Assembly (NCBI GenBank): GCA_045596505.1
Contig: JAZOCO010000045.1
Coordinates: forward strand, 6,443 to 70,442
Direction of reading: 5' to 3'
Length of the DNA: 64,000 bases
Origin: Eubacteriales bacterium
GTDB taxonomy: Bacteria; Bacillota; Clostridia; Oscillospirales; CAG-272
The position numbers and the translations under genes were made by a program. A model generated the notes under the pieces. It had not been told where the DNA came from, did no database searches, and saw nothing but the letters and a program-made list of their open reading frames with translations. Within the stretch, counting starts at the first letter, position 1, and every line of letters begins with the position of its first letter. Of the stretch, positions 30,902 to 40,110 are shown in pieces.

Positions 30902-30928
30902 AAGCTGCAGGGTTTTCTCCTGCAGCTT
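30902..30928. terminator. bidirectional terminator (DUF1540 gene / thrC)
   Basis: 10-bp perfect stem AAGCTGCAGG / CCTGCAGCTT. T-rich on the plus side (ATTTGCTTTT). The minus strand reads ...CTTTTCAAATTT. Confidence 0.75.
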
Positions 30929-30944
30929 ATTTGCTTTTAGAGAT

Positions 30945-32429
30945 TTAACACTTTAGATATGTAAACATAGCATCTTGCATTTCACAGGCATCTACTACGT
31001 CGGTAAAACGCACGGTCCTTTCGGCAATACCACGAAGCGGATAGGTGATCTCAACGCCGGTTTTTGCCGATAGTTCATCAAGCGCTACAAGCGGCGAAGT
31101 AGGTTTGCTTTCATAAAGCGAGGCATATACGTCTGCCGCAAATTTATAAGGACTTGCTGTCGAAGCAATGACCATAGGCTTATCGTCGCCCGTGTCTTTT
31201 ACATACTGCTTGGCGGCGCTTACCGCAACTGCGGTATGGGTATCGATCAAATAGCCGTGCTTTTGCATTGTTTCCTTGATGGTAGCCGCCGTCACAGCTT
31301 CATCTGCAAAATATCCGCTAAAGCTTTGCGAAATGCTATTCTTTGTTGCTGCATCTACAGTATATGCGCCTTCCTCGGAAAGTCGCTTCATATATTCTGC
31401 TGTTTTCTCGGGTCCTGCAACAAAATAAAGAAGTCGCTCGAGATTGCTGGAGATCAAAATATCCATAGAGGGGGACATAGTCAGGTAAAAATCGCGATTG
31501 CGATCATAAGTACCTGTCTTCAAGAAATCCGTAAGGATGTTATTTTTGTTAGATGCACATACAAGGCGATCGATCGGCAGCCCCATCAGCTTAGCAAGAT
31601 AGGCGGCAAAAATGTTACCAAAATTACCCGTAGGTACAGTAACATTTATCTTATCGCCATACTTGATCTCGCCCGCTGTGAGAAGATCGCAGTAGGCAGA
31701 CACATAATAAACGATCTGCGGCGCAAGACGTCCCCAGTTAATGGAATTGGCAGATGAAAGAAAATATCCCTTTGCGTTTAACTGTTCTGCGACGGATGTA
31801 TCTGAAAAAATGCGTTTTACACCTGTTTGCGCATCATCAAAATTTCCTTTAATAGCAGTTACATTGACATTGTTACCTGTTTGCGTTTGCATTTGCAGCT
31901 TTTGTACAGTGCTAACACCATCTACGGGATAGAACACCATCATTTTAATTCGATCAATATCCTTGTAGCCTTCAAGTGCTGCTTTTCCTGTGTCACCCGA
32001 GGTTGCAACTAAAATTAGCGCCGTGCGCTCCTCGCCTGTTTTGACAAGTGCGCGAGACAAAAGTCGCGGCATGATCTGCAACGCCATATCCTTAAAGGCC
32101 GCAGTCGGGCCATGCCAAAGCTCCAGTACGTGTGCCGTGTCATTTAACTTATGTAGAGGTGCGGCCCCGCCAACAAAGGACTGAGGGGCATAAGCGGCCT
32201 TACAGTCGGCTAATAGCTCATCAGCAGTATAATCGGTCAAAAATTTTCCAAGTACGGTTGCAGCGCGTGCGGGATAATCCATCTTGCACAGTGCTTTGAT
32301 ATCCGCTTGTGTCAGAGCGGGAATGCTCTCGGGTACAAACAAGCCACCGTCTGCGGCAAGACCTTGTTTAATTACTTGGGCAGCCGTATATTTTGCGGCG
32401 TTAAGATCGCGTGTGCTTTGAAATTTCAT
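30945..32429 (-). CDS. thrC: threonine synthase (long form)
   Basis: 494 aa. PLP-lysine region 'GPTAAFKDMALQ' and 'TSGDTGKAA'. Confidence 0.9.
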   Translation of the reverse strand: MKFQSTRDLNAAKYTAAQVIKQGLAADGGLFVPESIPALTQADIKALCKMDYPARAATVLGKFLTDYTADELLADCKAAYAPQSFVGGAAPLHKLNDTAHVLELWHGPTAAFKDMALQIMPRLLSRALVKTGEERTALILVATSGDTGKAALEGYKDIDRIKMMVFYPVDGVSTVQKLQMQTQTGNNVNVTAIKGNFDDAQTGVKRIFSDTSVAEQLNAKGYFLSSANSINWGRLAPQIVYYVSAYCDLLTAGEIKYGDKINVTVPTGNFGNIFAAYLAKLMGLPIDRLVCASNKNNILTDFLKTGTYDRNRDFYLTMSPSMDILISSNLERLLYFVAGPEKTAEYMKRLSEEGAYTVDAATKNSISQSFSGYFADEAVTAATIKETMQKHGYLIDTHTAVAVSAAKQYVKDTGDDKPMVIASTASPYKFAADVYASLYESKPTSPLVALDELSAKTGVEITYPLRGIAERTVRFTDVVDACEMQDAMFTYLKC

Positions 32430-32459
32430 AGAGAACTCCTTTTTAAAAATGCTTTTTGT

Positions 32460-32864
32460 TTAATGTCTTACAGCGCCGCTTGCGGAAAAGGCGTCTGTAA
32501 TATGATTGATCCTTAAAATTTTGTTGCGTGCCGTGCGATCAAGATACACCTCTATCACGTCAAATCGAGGGCAAAGCGGAATGGGGCTTTCTTTTAGATA
32601 TGAAATCGCAGCGCGAACCGTTCGTTTTCGTTTTTCACGGTCAACCGCATCTGAGGGACGCATAAAAAACTCATCTAAATTGTTTGCCGTTCTTGTTTTG
32701 ACTTCTACAAACACAATATATTTCTTGTTCTTTGCAATCAGATCCAGTTCATTCTTGCCAAAACGGCGATTTTTACCTACAATTCGATAGCCTGCACGGC
32801 GTAAAAAGCGAGCTGCGATGCGCTCACCCTTCCTTCCGATCTCAGTTGTTGTTTTCATTCTCAT
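32460..32864 (-). CDS. YraN-family (UPF0102) endonuclease-like protein
   Basis: 'GRKGERIAARFLRRAGYRIVGKN...ELDLIA...VFVEVKTR'. Confidence 0.85.
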   Translation of the reverse strand: MRMKTTTEIGRKGERIAARFLRRAGYRIVGKNRRFGKNELDLIAKNKKYIVFVEVKTRTANNLDEFFMRPSDAVDREKRKRTVRAAISYLKESPIPLCPRFDVIEVYLDRTARNKILRINHITDAFSASGAVRH

Positions 32865-33463
32865 GCTTCGTCAAGAAATCGGATGAATTTGGTTCGATAG
32901 ATCTCACAAGGACCGTATTTTCGCAGAGCATCCATATGTTCCTTTGTGCCGTATCCTTTATGCTTGGCAATGCCGTATTCCGGATGTAGAGCATCAAGCT
33001 CCAGGCACAAGCGATCTCTTGTAACCTTTGCCAAAATAGAGGCAGCAGCTATGCTGGGGGAAATGGCATCACCGTGTACCACCGCGCGGCAGGGGATGGT
33101 AAAGCCGCGAGTTTGATTACCGTCGATCAGAGCAAAATCTGCCTTGACGGGCAACGCCTCAATCGCACGGCGCATCGCGTGGAGCGTGGTTGATAATATA
33201 TCGGTTTGATTGATCTCTTCAACACTGCCAAGCACTACGGCATAAGCGATTGCCTTTTCACATATTTCATCATAAAGCGCCTCACGCTTTTTATGGGAGA
33301 GCTTCTTGGAATCGTTTAGCCCCTCGATCACCAGACCCGTGGGCAAAATGCAGGCAGCTGCAGCAACAGGACCGCAAAGCGGACCGCGTCCAGCCTCGTC
33401 AACACCGCAAACTGCAGTATAACCCTCTTTTTCAAGGGCGGACTCCAGCTCATAAACCAGCAT
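32861..33463 (-). CDS. rnhB: ribonuclease HII
   Basis: 'CGVDEAGRGPLCGPV', 'DSKKLS' and 'ASILAKV'. Confidence 0.9.
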   Translation of the reverse strand: MLVYELESALEKEGYTAVCGVDEAGRGPLCGPVAAAACILPTGLVIEGLNDSKKLSHKKREALYDEICEKAIAYAVVLGSVEEINQTDILSTTLHAMRRAIEALPVKADFALIDGNQTRGFTIPCRAVVHGDAISPSIAAASILAKVTRDRLCLELDALHPEYGIAKHKGYGTKEHMDALRKYGPCEIYRTKFIRFLDEA

Positions 33464-34340
33464 TTAATTCCTCCTTTATCAAATGGTCAAGGGTAATACG
33501 CCCTAATTTTGCACCACGAAATTCGTCAAGCAGCATATTTGCCGTACGCTCAACGTTGATCTCGCCGCCGCTGACAAGAAAGCCTCTTTTTTTGCCAATG
33601 GTAAGAAAAAGCTCATAATCTGAAAGCTCGTCTTTGAGTGTCATTTCATCTATTTTATATCGCGCGCAGAGTAGTGCGGGGTAGTGATCGCGCAGCTTTT
33701 GGCACAGTGCAACGGCAAGCGCCTCCAGTTCTACTACCTCGTCCTTGATGGCGCCGGTGATAGCAAGATTCTCGCCCGTTTCACGATCATCAAAGCGGGG
33801 CCACAAAACACCCGGCATATCCATAAGATCAAGCCCCTCTTTGGTCGTGACCCATTGCGGTGCGAGTGTAACACCCGGGCGATTTTCTACTTTTGCTTTC
33901 TTGGCACCGCCAAGTAGATTGATAAGAGAGGATTTTCCAACGTTTGGTATGCCAACCACCATAGCACGAAGCCTTCTCCCGGACATACCTTTTTGCTCAT
34001 ATTTTGCAAGCTTTTCCGAAAGCATCTCGCGTACCGCAGCAAGCAAGCGATCCGTGCCCTTTTTGGCTACACAATCAAAGGGAATACAAATATGCCCTTC
34101 GCCTGTATAGCATCTTGCCCATTTGTCCGTTTCCACGGGATCGGCAAGCATGGATTTGTTGAGTAGAGTAATCAGCGGCTTATCTCCCACAAGGCGCGTG
34201 ATCTCGGGGTTTCTTGAGCTTTTGGGAATACGTGCATCAAGCAGCTCAATCACAATATCAACGTTTTTGAGATTTTCACCGATCAAACGCCGTGTTTTCG
34301 CCATATGACCGGGAAACCATTGAATAATACTCGTTGGCAT
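33450..34340 (-). CDS. rbgA: ribosome biogenesis GTPase YlqF/RbgA
   Basis: Circularly permuted GTPase: 'QWFPGHMAK', 'LLNKSML' (NKxD-like) and 'GIPNVGKSSLIN'. Confidence 0.9.
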   Translation of the reverse strand: MPTSIIQWFPGHMAKTRRLIGENLKNVDIVIELLDARIPKSSRNPEITRLVGDKPLITLLNKSMLADPVETDKWARCYTGEGHICIPFDCVAKKGTDRLLAAVREMLSEKLAKYEQKGMSGRRLRAMVVGIPNVGKSSLINLLGGAKKAKVENRPGVTLAPQWVTTKEGLDLMDMPGVLWPRFDDRETGENLAITGAIKDEVVELEALAVALCQKLRDHYPALLCARYKIDEMTLKDELSDYELFLTIGKKRGFLVSGGEINVERTANMLLDEFRGAKLGRITLDHLIKEELNAGL

Positions 34341-34348
34341 ATACTACC

Positions 34349-34951
34349 TCATTTAAAGACAGTAAAAGGGGAAAGACGGAGCAATGCACGCCCTAAAACA
34401 CAGCTTTCGCTGATCATGCCTATATGTGCATCTCGACTGTCCGCAGAATTGTTGCGATTATCTCCCATAACAAATAAGCGCCCCTCCGGCACAGAAAAGA
34501 CCGTTGACTCAACACCAAGCATTGCTTCATCAAATACACCCTTGTCGTAATAGGCATAGACAGACTCATCAAGAAGCTCATCTTGGCTAAAGGAATTGTC
34601 GTCCGAAACAAACACCTGTTTTTTTACATAATCTATTTTTACATACTGCCCACCAATCGCAATTACGCGCTTTACGATTGGCTTATTGTAATAAGAAACA
34701 TCGGACTCAGTCGAATGGAAAACGATGATATCGCCCGTTTTCGGTTGATAAAAAAGATCCGATATCAATAGCTTTTCGCCATGCTGCAATGTTTGGTTCA
34801 TAGAAGGTCCATCAACCTCGCAAAGCCGCACGCAAAACGTCATGATCACGATGACAAGAATGACCGCAAACACAAACATTTCCACGTATTCGACAAGGTT
34901 TGCCGAAAAGCTGTTATTGGGTTCTTTCTTGGAGTTCAATTTATTCTTCAC
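34349..34951 (-). CDS. lepB: signal peptidase I
   Basis: 'GPSMNQTL' (catalytic Ser), 'VKRVIA' (Lys) and 'GDNRNNSADSR'. Confidence 0.9.
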   Translation of the reverse strand: MKNKLNSKKEPNNSFSANLVEYVEMFVFAVILVIVIMTFCVRLCEVDGPSMNQTLQHGEKLLISDLFYQPKTGDIIVFHSTESDVSYYNKPIVKRVIAIGGQYVKIDYVKKQVFVSDDNSFSQDELLDESVYAYYDKGVFDEAMLGVESTVFSVPEGRLFVMGDNRNNSADSRDAHIGMISESCVLGRALLRLSPFTVFK

Positions 34952-34974
34952 GTTGATCTCCTTGTAAAATAAAA

Positions 34975-36189
34975 TTATTTTTCAGTCAAGATCTCCATCA
35001 AACGGTATCCGTTTGCAAGATAGTTGTTCTTGGAGGCGGCGGTTGCTTCGTTAAAGCTATCAACGCCTTCTAAAACAGCGTCGGAGGAATAGATGAAAAA
35101 GGGAACAGGATCAATCGTATGTGTGCGTGCGCGAATGGGCGTCGGATGGTCGGGCAGGATCATGATCTTAAAATCCTCATTCGTGCCGCGCAAGTATTGA
35201 AGCACGGGTGCAAGAATTTCAGCGTCAATGCGCTCCACTGCAATCACCTTATTTTCAAGCTCGGCACGGTGACCGCACTCATCAGGGGCTTCCACGTGAA
35301 CGTACACAAGCTCATACCCGTTCTCAAACGCCTCTATTGCTGCATCCGCCTTGCCCTTGTAATTGGTGTGAACGTTGCCTGTTGCGCCATCCACGTCAAT
35401 AGAGCGCATGCCTGCACAAATGCCAATACCCTTGATCAGATCAACAGCAGAGATCACCGCACCGCGAACCCCCCATTTTTCAGTAAAAGAGGGAAGCTGC
35501 GGTCGTTTACCGGGACTCCAAAACCACAAAGAATTTGCGGGCTTGAGTCCCCTGGCGCGGCGCGCCTCGTTTATCGGATGATGGTTAAGCAGATCAAAGC
35601 TTTCCTTCATCATCGCGTAAAATTCCGCGCCGTCATCATCCACGCAGGGAAGATATTCACCAATGCGACGGCCAAGAATATCGTGCGGACGCATAAAATT
35701 ATACTTGTCGTTTCCGTTCTTGCGAATCAAGCAATGACGATAGCTCACGCCCGTGTAAAAACGTCGTTCGCTATTGCCAAAATGCGCCTGTACCGCTTTT
35801 ATAAGCTCATCCGCTTCAGCCGTGGTGATCTCATCGGCGCTGTGGTCGAGAATGATTTTATCTTCATAAGGCTCACCTTCATCAGATAGCGTAACAACAT
35901 TGCAACGATACGCCGTTTCGTCAGATTGCATATCAATGCCCATACTAACCGCCTCAAGAGGTGAGCGTCCTTTTGAATAGATCTTGGGATCATAAGAAAG
36001 GATGGCAAGATTGGCAGTGTCGCTTTCCGGCACCATATCCACAGGCACGTTTGAAACAGTGCCAACAAGAGATACCTTAGCAAGTGAGTCCATGCAAGGT
36101 TTCTTTGCCTTCGCCATTGGAGTGATACCGCCAAGCGCTTCAATCGGTTCATCGGCCATACCGTCGGGGATCAGAACAAGATATTTCAT
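34975..36189 (-). CDS. cofactor-independent phosphoglycerate mutase family protein (ApgM-like; family also proposed as alternative homoserine kinase)
   Basis: 'LVLIPDGMADEP', 'HVEAPDECGH' and 'ILPDHPTP' metalloenzyme-superfamily motifs. 404 aa. Confidence 0.8.
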   Translation of the reverse strand: MKYLVLIPDGMADEPIEALGGITPMAKAKKPCMDSLAKVSLVGTVSNVPVDMVPESDTANLAILSYDPKIYSKGRSPLEAVSMGIDMQSDETAYRCNVVTLSDEGEPYEDKIILDHSADEITTAEADELIKAVQAHFGNSERRFYTGVSYRHCLIRKNGNDKYNFMRPHDILGRRIGEYLPCVDDDGAEFYAMMKESFDLLNHHPINEARRARGLKPANSLWFWSPGKRPQLPSFTEKWGVRGAVISAVDLIKGIGICAGMRSIDVDGATGNVHTNYKGKADAAIEAFENGYELVYVHVEAPDECGHRAELENKVIAVERIDAEILAPVLQYLRGTNEDFKIMILPDHPTPIRARTHTIDPVPFFIYSSDAVLEGVDSFNEATAASKNNYLANGYRLMEILTEK

Positions 36190-36295
36190 GTAAAACTCCT
36201 ATTTATGCAATAATGAATTTATAATACATTATTATACCATAAAAAACGCGCGAGAGCAACAATAAAAATAAGTTTTCACAAAAAAATCACCTAAA

Positions 36296-36330
36296 GGAGA
36301 AAAAAGCGCCATCGCTTTGTGCGATAGCGC
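36296..36330 (-). terminator. rho-independent terminator
   Basis: GCGCCATCGC / GCGATAGCGC stem (one mismatch), followed on the minus strand by TTTTTCTCC. Confidence 0.7.
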
Positions 36331-36339
36331 CTTGATTTT

Positions 36340-36765
36340 TTATTGCAAATTGTCAACAATTCGGTGAATGTAGGCAAGCAGTGCTTCCTTTTCCTCGGGC
36401 TTGACCTTGTCAAGGAAGGGAAGGAAACCGCATTTTACGTAATGCACCTCATCCGCTACGTTTGTGCCGGCTTCGGAAAGAATCGCCTTCATTCTGTTGG
36501 CAGCCGCCTCGTTGCCGTCAATGATAAGCGCCACATTCTGCGCACGTGCTTTAGTAAGCTCACGGCAAAACAGGCGAAGCTGATCCTCAGGCTCGCCCTT
36601 TAGTGAAAGAAGCAAAATTACGATACGCTCGTTGTTGCAGGAATAGGCGGGCGGAATTTTATCCACCGCGTTAATTGCAAGATCATACTCTTGCTTGATC
36701 AGATCTGCCATAGCAGCAATTTTGTTTTTTCCGGACGCGTATAGAACACGCATTTTGATTGCCAT
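36340..36765 (-). CDS. hypothetical protein (flavodoxin-like fold suspected)
   Basis: 141 aa from ATG 36765 (RBS GGAGAG). An extended -10 promoter TGTTATACT lies upstream on the minus strand (36817-36825). No diagnostic motif. Confidence 0.55.
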   Translation of the reverse strand: MAIKMRVLYASGKNKIAAMADLIKQEYDLAINAVDKIPPAYSCNNERIVILLLSLKGEPEDQLRLFCRELTKARAQNVALIIDGNEAAANRMKAILSEAGTNVADEVHYVKCGFLPFLDKVKPEEKEALLAYIHRIVDNLQ

Positions 36766-37397
36766 AATAACTCTCTCCAAGACATTAAATTTATTTTTAA
36801 CGACATACCAAGTGTTAGTATAACATACAGGGAGAAAAAACGCAAACAAATTTAAGTATTTTTAAAAAAATCGTTTTATTTAAACATTTTTATTGTTTCT
36901 GAATTGTATACTATTCACAAAAAAGTTATACCAATTCAAGATTCAAGTTGCTTAGCTTGTCAAACGATTTTAATTTTACGAGCAGTCGCAAGGTTTAATA
37001 TAATGCGAACTATAGGAAATCTCGTGGATCCACACAGCACAAAACACTCGCAAGCTCAAAAAAGCTGTGAAATATTAGAATGACCTCATCTTCGTACTTT
37101 TTGTTTCCCTTTTTTATACAAAACAGGCATTTTGTATAATTTTGTGTGTTTAAAAACATTTAGAAAAATTTTAATATTATTTCACTCCCTTTCCCTTAAG
37201 GGCTCGCCGCGTTTAAAATTTATTTAAAATTTATAGTACTCCGTTAACATAGAGCCCTAAAGGATGACGTCGTCGCATTACAGCAAATGCCGTCTGGAAA
37301 ATGACGCTACCTGACTCACAACACTCGCCAAGCACCAAAAACTCTTGCTATGACACTCCACTGTCTATATTTTGTTGGTCTGAACTTGTTTTTCTGT

Positions 37398-37673
37398 TCA
37401 ATCCTCTCTTTTTGATGCCTTTTTCTTATACTTTTGGCGTGTTGCTTCCCCACCACGCAAATGGCGTTCCCTTTTATTTTTTTGCAATATCTGATCCACT
37501 TGAAAATAAAGCGCGGCGTTTACGTAACGCAATTCGGTTGTGACGTCCTTATGTACTGTGCTTTTGCTGATACCAAAATGTGCAGCGGCATCCCGCACGG
37601 TGCATGCGTGTTCTACGATATAGCGTGCGAGCAGCTCGGCGCGCGACTGTTGTAAGGAATTAAAATAATGCAT
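37398..37673 (-). CDS. spoIIID: sporulation transcriptional regulator SpoIIID
   Basis: 91 aa. 'ISKSTVHKDV' HTH and 'RHLRGGEATRQKYKKK' match B. subtilis SpoIIID nearly residue for residue. Confidence 0.9.
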   Translation of the reverse strand: MHYFNSLQQSRAELLARYIVEHACTVRDAAAHFGISKSTVHKDVTTELRYVNAALYFQVDQILQKNKRERHLRGGEATRQKYKKKASKRED

Positions 37674-37720
37674 AACCGACTCTCTTTTCTCTTATTGAAA
37701 TTTCAAAAATTTTCTGCTAT

Positions 37721-37748
37721 ACTGTATGTGATGCTGTTTTATACTATG
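37721..37748 (-). promoter_or_regulatory. sigma-E-type promoter candidate for spoIIID
   Basis: Minus strand reads CATAGT, 14 nt, then CATACAGT. The -10 equals the sigma-E consensus CATAcanT. It sits ~50 nt upstream of the spoIIID ATG. Confidence 0.4.
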
Positions 37749-37784
37749 CCATTTCCTGTGACATAAGAACAAGGAGTTATATTA

Positions 37785-38558
37785 ATGATAAAGGAAGAGA
37801 TACGATTTGCAGACTCTACGGTTATGGAGGGTATGACCTCTATTTCCGCACTTCTCGCCGCACGAGAATCGAGTATAAATGACCGAGAGATCCGAGAGAT
37901 CTTATATGATGGCGAGAAAAAGAATAAAAAAGCTCGAGAAATAGGATTTCTTTCCGCAAAATGTGCCGCGCTTAGAATACCCTTGCGAGAAACTACATCT
38001 GAAAGGATCAATGCTATCTCTATTGGCAACACGCACGGCGGCATCATTGCCATATGTGGCAACCGCACGCTCCTTTCCCCCACCTCCGAAAATATTCCGA
38101 AGAAAGGATTTCTTTGCCTGCTTGAAGGCATCGAGGATCCTTATAATTTCGGCTATGCCCTGCGTTCCCTTTACGCTGCCGGTTGTGACGGTGTTTTACT
38201 TGGCGAGCGCAACTGGATGAATGCTGCGGGTGTGGTAGCGCGGGCTTCTGCCGGCGCTTCTGAAGCGCTGCCTGTTTTTAGCGGCAATATCGAGCAAAGC
38301 ATAAAGCTTGTCAAGTCCCTTGGTTACCGTGTTGCTTGTGCAGGTATCAGAAATTCCGTTTCATACGCAAAGGCAGATCTCAAAAAGCCACTACTGCTTG
38401 TTGTGGGCGGTGAGAAACGGGGTATTTCCGCTTCCCTCTTAGAGCTTGCTGATACAACGGTGCGGATCGATTACGGTCGCACGTTTCGCGGCTCGCTCTC
38501 AGCAGCATCTGCTGCAACCGTACTTGGGTTTGAAATTTTGCGTCAAAACACTGATTAA
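37785..38558 (+). CDS. TrmH/SpoU-family RNA 2'-O-methyltransferase
   Basis: 'LEGIEDPYNFGYALRS', 'LLVVGGEKRGIS' and 'LSAASAATVLGFE'. Confidence 0.8.
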   Translation: MIKEEIRFADSTVMEGMTSISALLAARESSINDREIREILYDGEKKNKKAREIGFLSAKCAALRIPLRETTSERINAISIGNTHGGIIAICGNRTLLSPTSENIPKKGFLCLLEGIEDPYNFGYALRSLYAAGCDGVLLGERNWMNAAGVVARASAGASEALPVFSGNIEQSIKLVKSLGYRVACAGIRNSVSYAKADLKKPLLLVVGGEKRGISASLLELADTTVRIDYGRTFRGSLSAASAATVLGFEILRQNTD

Positions 38559-38619
38559 GATGCTTCCCTATCCTGCACTCTTAATTTTCTATTTTTCTGT
38601 AAAAAATTTGGTTTTAGAG

Positions 38620-38648
38620 TTGAAAGTTCGATAAAAATCTGCTATAAT
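38620..38648 (+). promoter_or_regulatory. sigma-A promoter for purA
   Basis: TTGAAA (38620-38625), a 17-nt spacer, then TATAAT (38643-38648). Confidence 0.6.
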
Positions 38649-38679
38649 ATATTTCGGTAAAAAATTAGGAGGTAGCACT

Positions 38680-39954
38680 ATGCTTACATCTATTGTTGGT
38701 ATTAACTGGGGAGACGAAGGAAAGGGCCGTATGGTTGACCTTCTGTCTGAGGAACAGGACATCGTCGTTCGCTATCAGGGTGGCAACAACGCAGGTCACA
38801 CCGTGATCAATGAGCGCGGTAAGTTTATTCTCAATCTTTTGCCCTCAGGCATCCTGCGTCCCGATGTGGTTTGTGTGATGGGCAACGGTATGGCGATCGA
38901 TCTTGCGCACCTTGAAAAGGAGAGCGCGAAGCTGATCGAGGCCGGCATTGAGATCTCGCCGAAGAACCTGAAGATCAGCGATCGCGCCATTTTAACGCTT
39001 CCCTATCACGTGCAGCTTGACTGCCTTGAGGAAGAACGTCTTGCGGGCGAAAAATACGGTTCTACCCGTCGCGGCATTGCACCTGTATACGGCGACAAAT
39101 ATATGAAAAAGGCGATTCGCGCAGGCGATCTGCTTGATCTTGACTACCTTGCGAAGCGCCTGAAAGGTATTGTCGCATACAAGTCCCTGACCATTGAGGG
39201 TGTTTACAAGGCAGAGCCTCTTTGTTACGATGAGCTTTTTGCTTGGCTTAAGAAATATGCCGAAATTTACAAGGATTATATCGTTGATACCGGCATTTAC
39301 CTCACCGAGGCTGTAAAAGCGGGCAAGCGCATCATGTTTGAGGCGCAGCTGGGCGCTCTGCGTGACATTGATTTCGGTATTTACCCCTACACCTCGTCCT
39401 CCTCTACCATTGCTGCTTACGCACCCATTGGTGCAGGCATTCCCGGTGTGAAGCTGGATAAGGTATATGGCGTAATGAAGGCATATTCCACCTGTGTGGG
39501 CGAGGGTCCCTTCACGTGTGAATGGTTTGGTGAGGAAGCTGAAGAGCTGCGCCGCGCAGGCGGTGAATACGGTGCCGCTACGGGTCGTCCCCGTCGCGTA
39601 GGTCCGTTTGACGTGGTTGCCTCCAAATATGGCTGTCGCGTACAGGGTGCTGACGAGATTGCCCTGACAAAGACCGATATTCTTTCCTATATGAAAAAGA
39701 TCCCGATCTGCGTAGCCTACGACGTAAACGGCAAGCGCGTGACCGAATTCCCCACGGGCGAGGCGCTTAACATTGCAAAGCCTATTTACGAGTATGTTGA
39801 CGGCTGGAACTGCGACATCACCGGCTGCCGTACCATCGAGGATATGCCCAAGGAACTGATCGCTTATGTGAAGCGTATTGAGGAACTGGTTGATTGCAAG
39901 ATCAAGTACGTTTCCGTCGGCGCAGAACGTGAGGCTTACGTTCAAATGTTCTAA
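38680..39954 (+). CDS. purA: adenylosuccinate synthase
   Basis: 'GINWGDEGKGRMVD', 'GGNNAGHT' and 'STRRGIAP'. Confidence 0.95.
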   Translation: MLTSIVGINWGDEGKGRMVDLLSEEQDIVVRYQGGNNAGHTVINERGKFILNLLPSGILRPDVVCVMGNGMAIDLAHLEKESAKLIEAGIEISPKNLKISDRAILTLPYHVQLDCLEEERLAGEKYGSTRRGIAPVYGDKYMKKAIRAGDLLDLDYLAKRLKGIVAYKSLTIEGVYKAEPLCYDELFAWLKKYAEIYKDYIVDTGIYLTEAVKAGKRIMFEAQLGALRDIDFGIYPYTSSSSTIAAYAPIGAGIPGVKLDKVYGVMKAYSTCVGEGPFTCEWFGEEAEELRRAGGEYGAATGRPRRVGPFDVVASKYGCRVQGADEIALTKTDILSYMKKIPICVAYDVNGKRVTEFPTGEALNIAKPIYEYVDGWNCDITGCRTIEDMPKELIAYVKRIEELVDCKIKYVSVGAEREAYVQMF

Positions 39955-39964
39955 GGAACCATAA

Positions 39965-40003
39965 AAACGAGCGCGAGAAATCCTCGCGCTCGTTTCCTTT
40001 ATT
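39965..40003 (+). terminator. rho-independent terminator after purA
   Basis: 13-bp stem AAACGAGCGCGAG / CTCGCGCTCGTTT, then TCCTTTATTT. Confidence 0.8.
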
Positions 40004-40110
40004 TGAACTTTTATTTTACAAAAATAGACCTTTTTTTAAGAAAAGGTATTGAAAACGGTGTTTTTCTATGATATACTTACTACAAGGATAGTAAAATAAG
40101 GAGGTTTGCC

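Noticed and set aside
36990-37310. Short ORFs in the AT-rich spacer: a 26-aa MRTIGNLVDPHSTKHSQAQKSCEILE, a 16-aa MTSSHYSKCRLENDAT and a 14-aa minus-strand MPVLYKKGKQKVRR.
   Set aside because: RBS spacing is poor or no RBS is present. The start codons overlap promoter-like boxes. Nothing distinguishes them from chance ORFs in AT-rich DNA.
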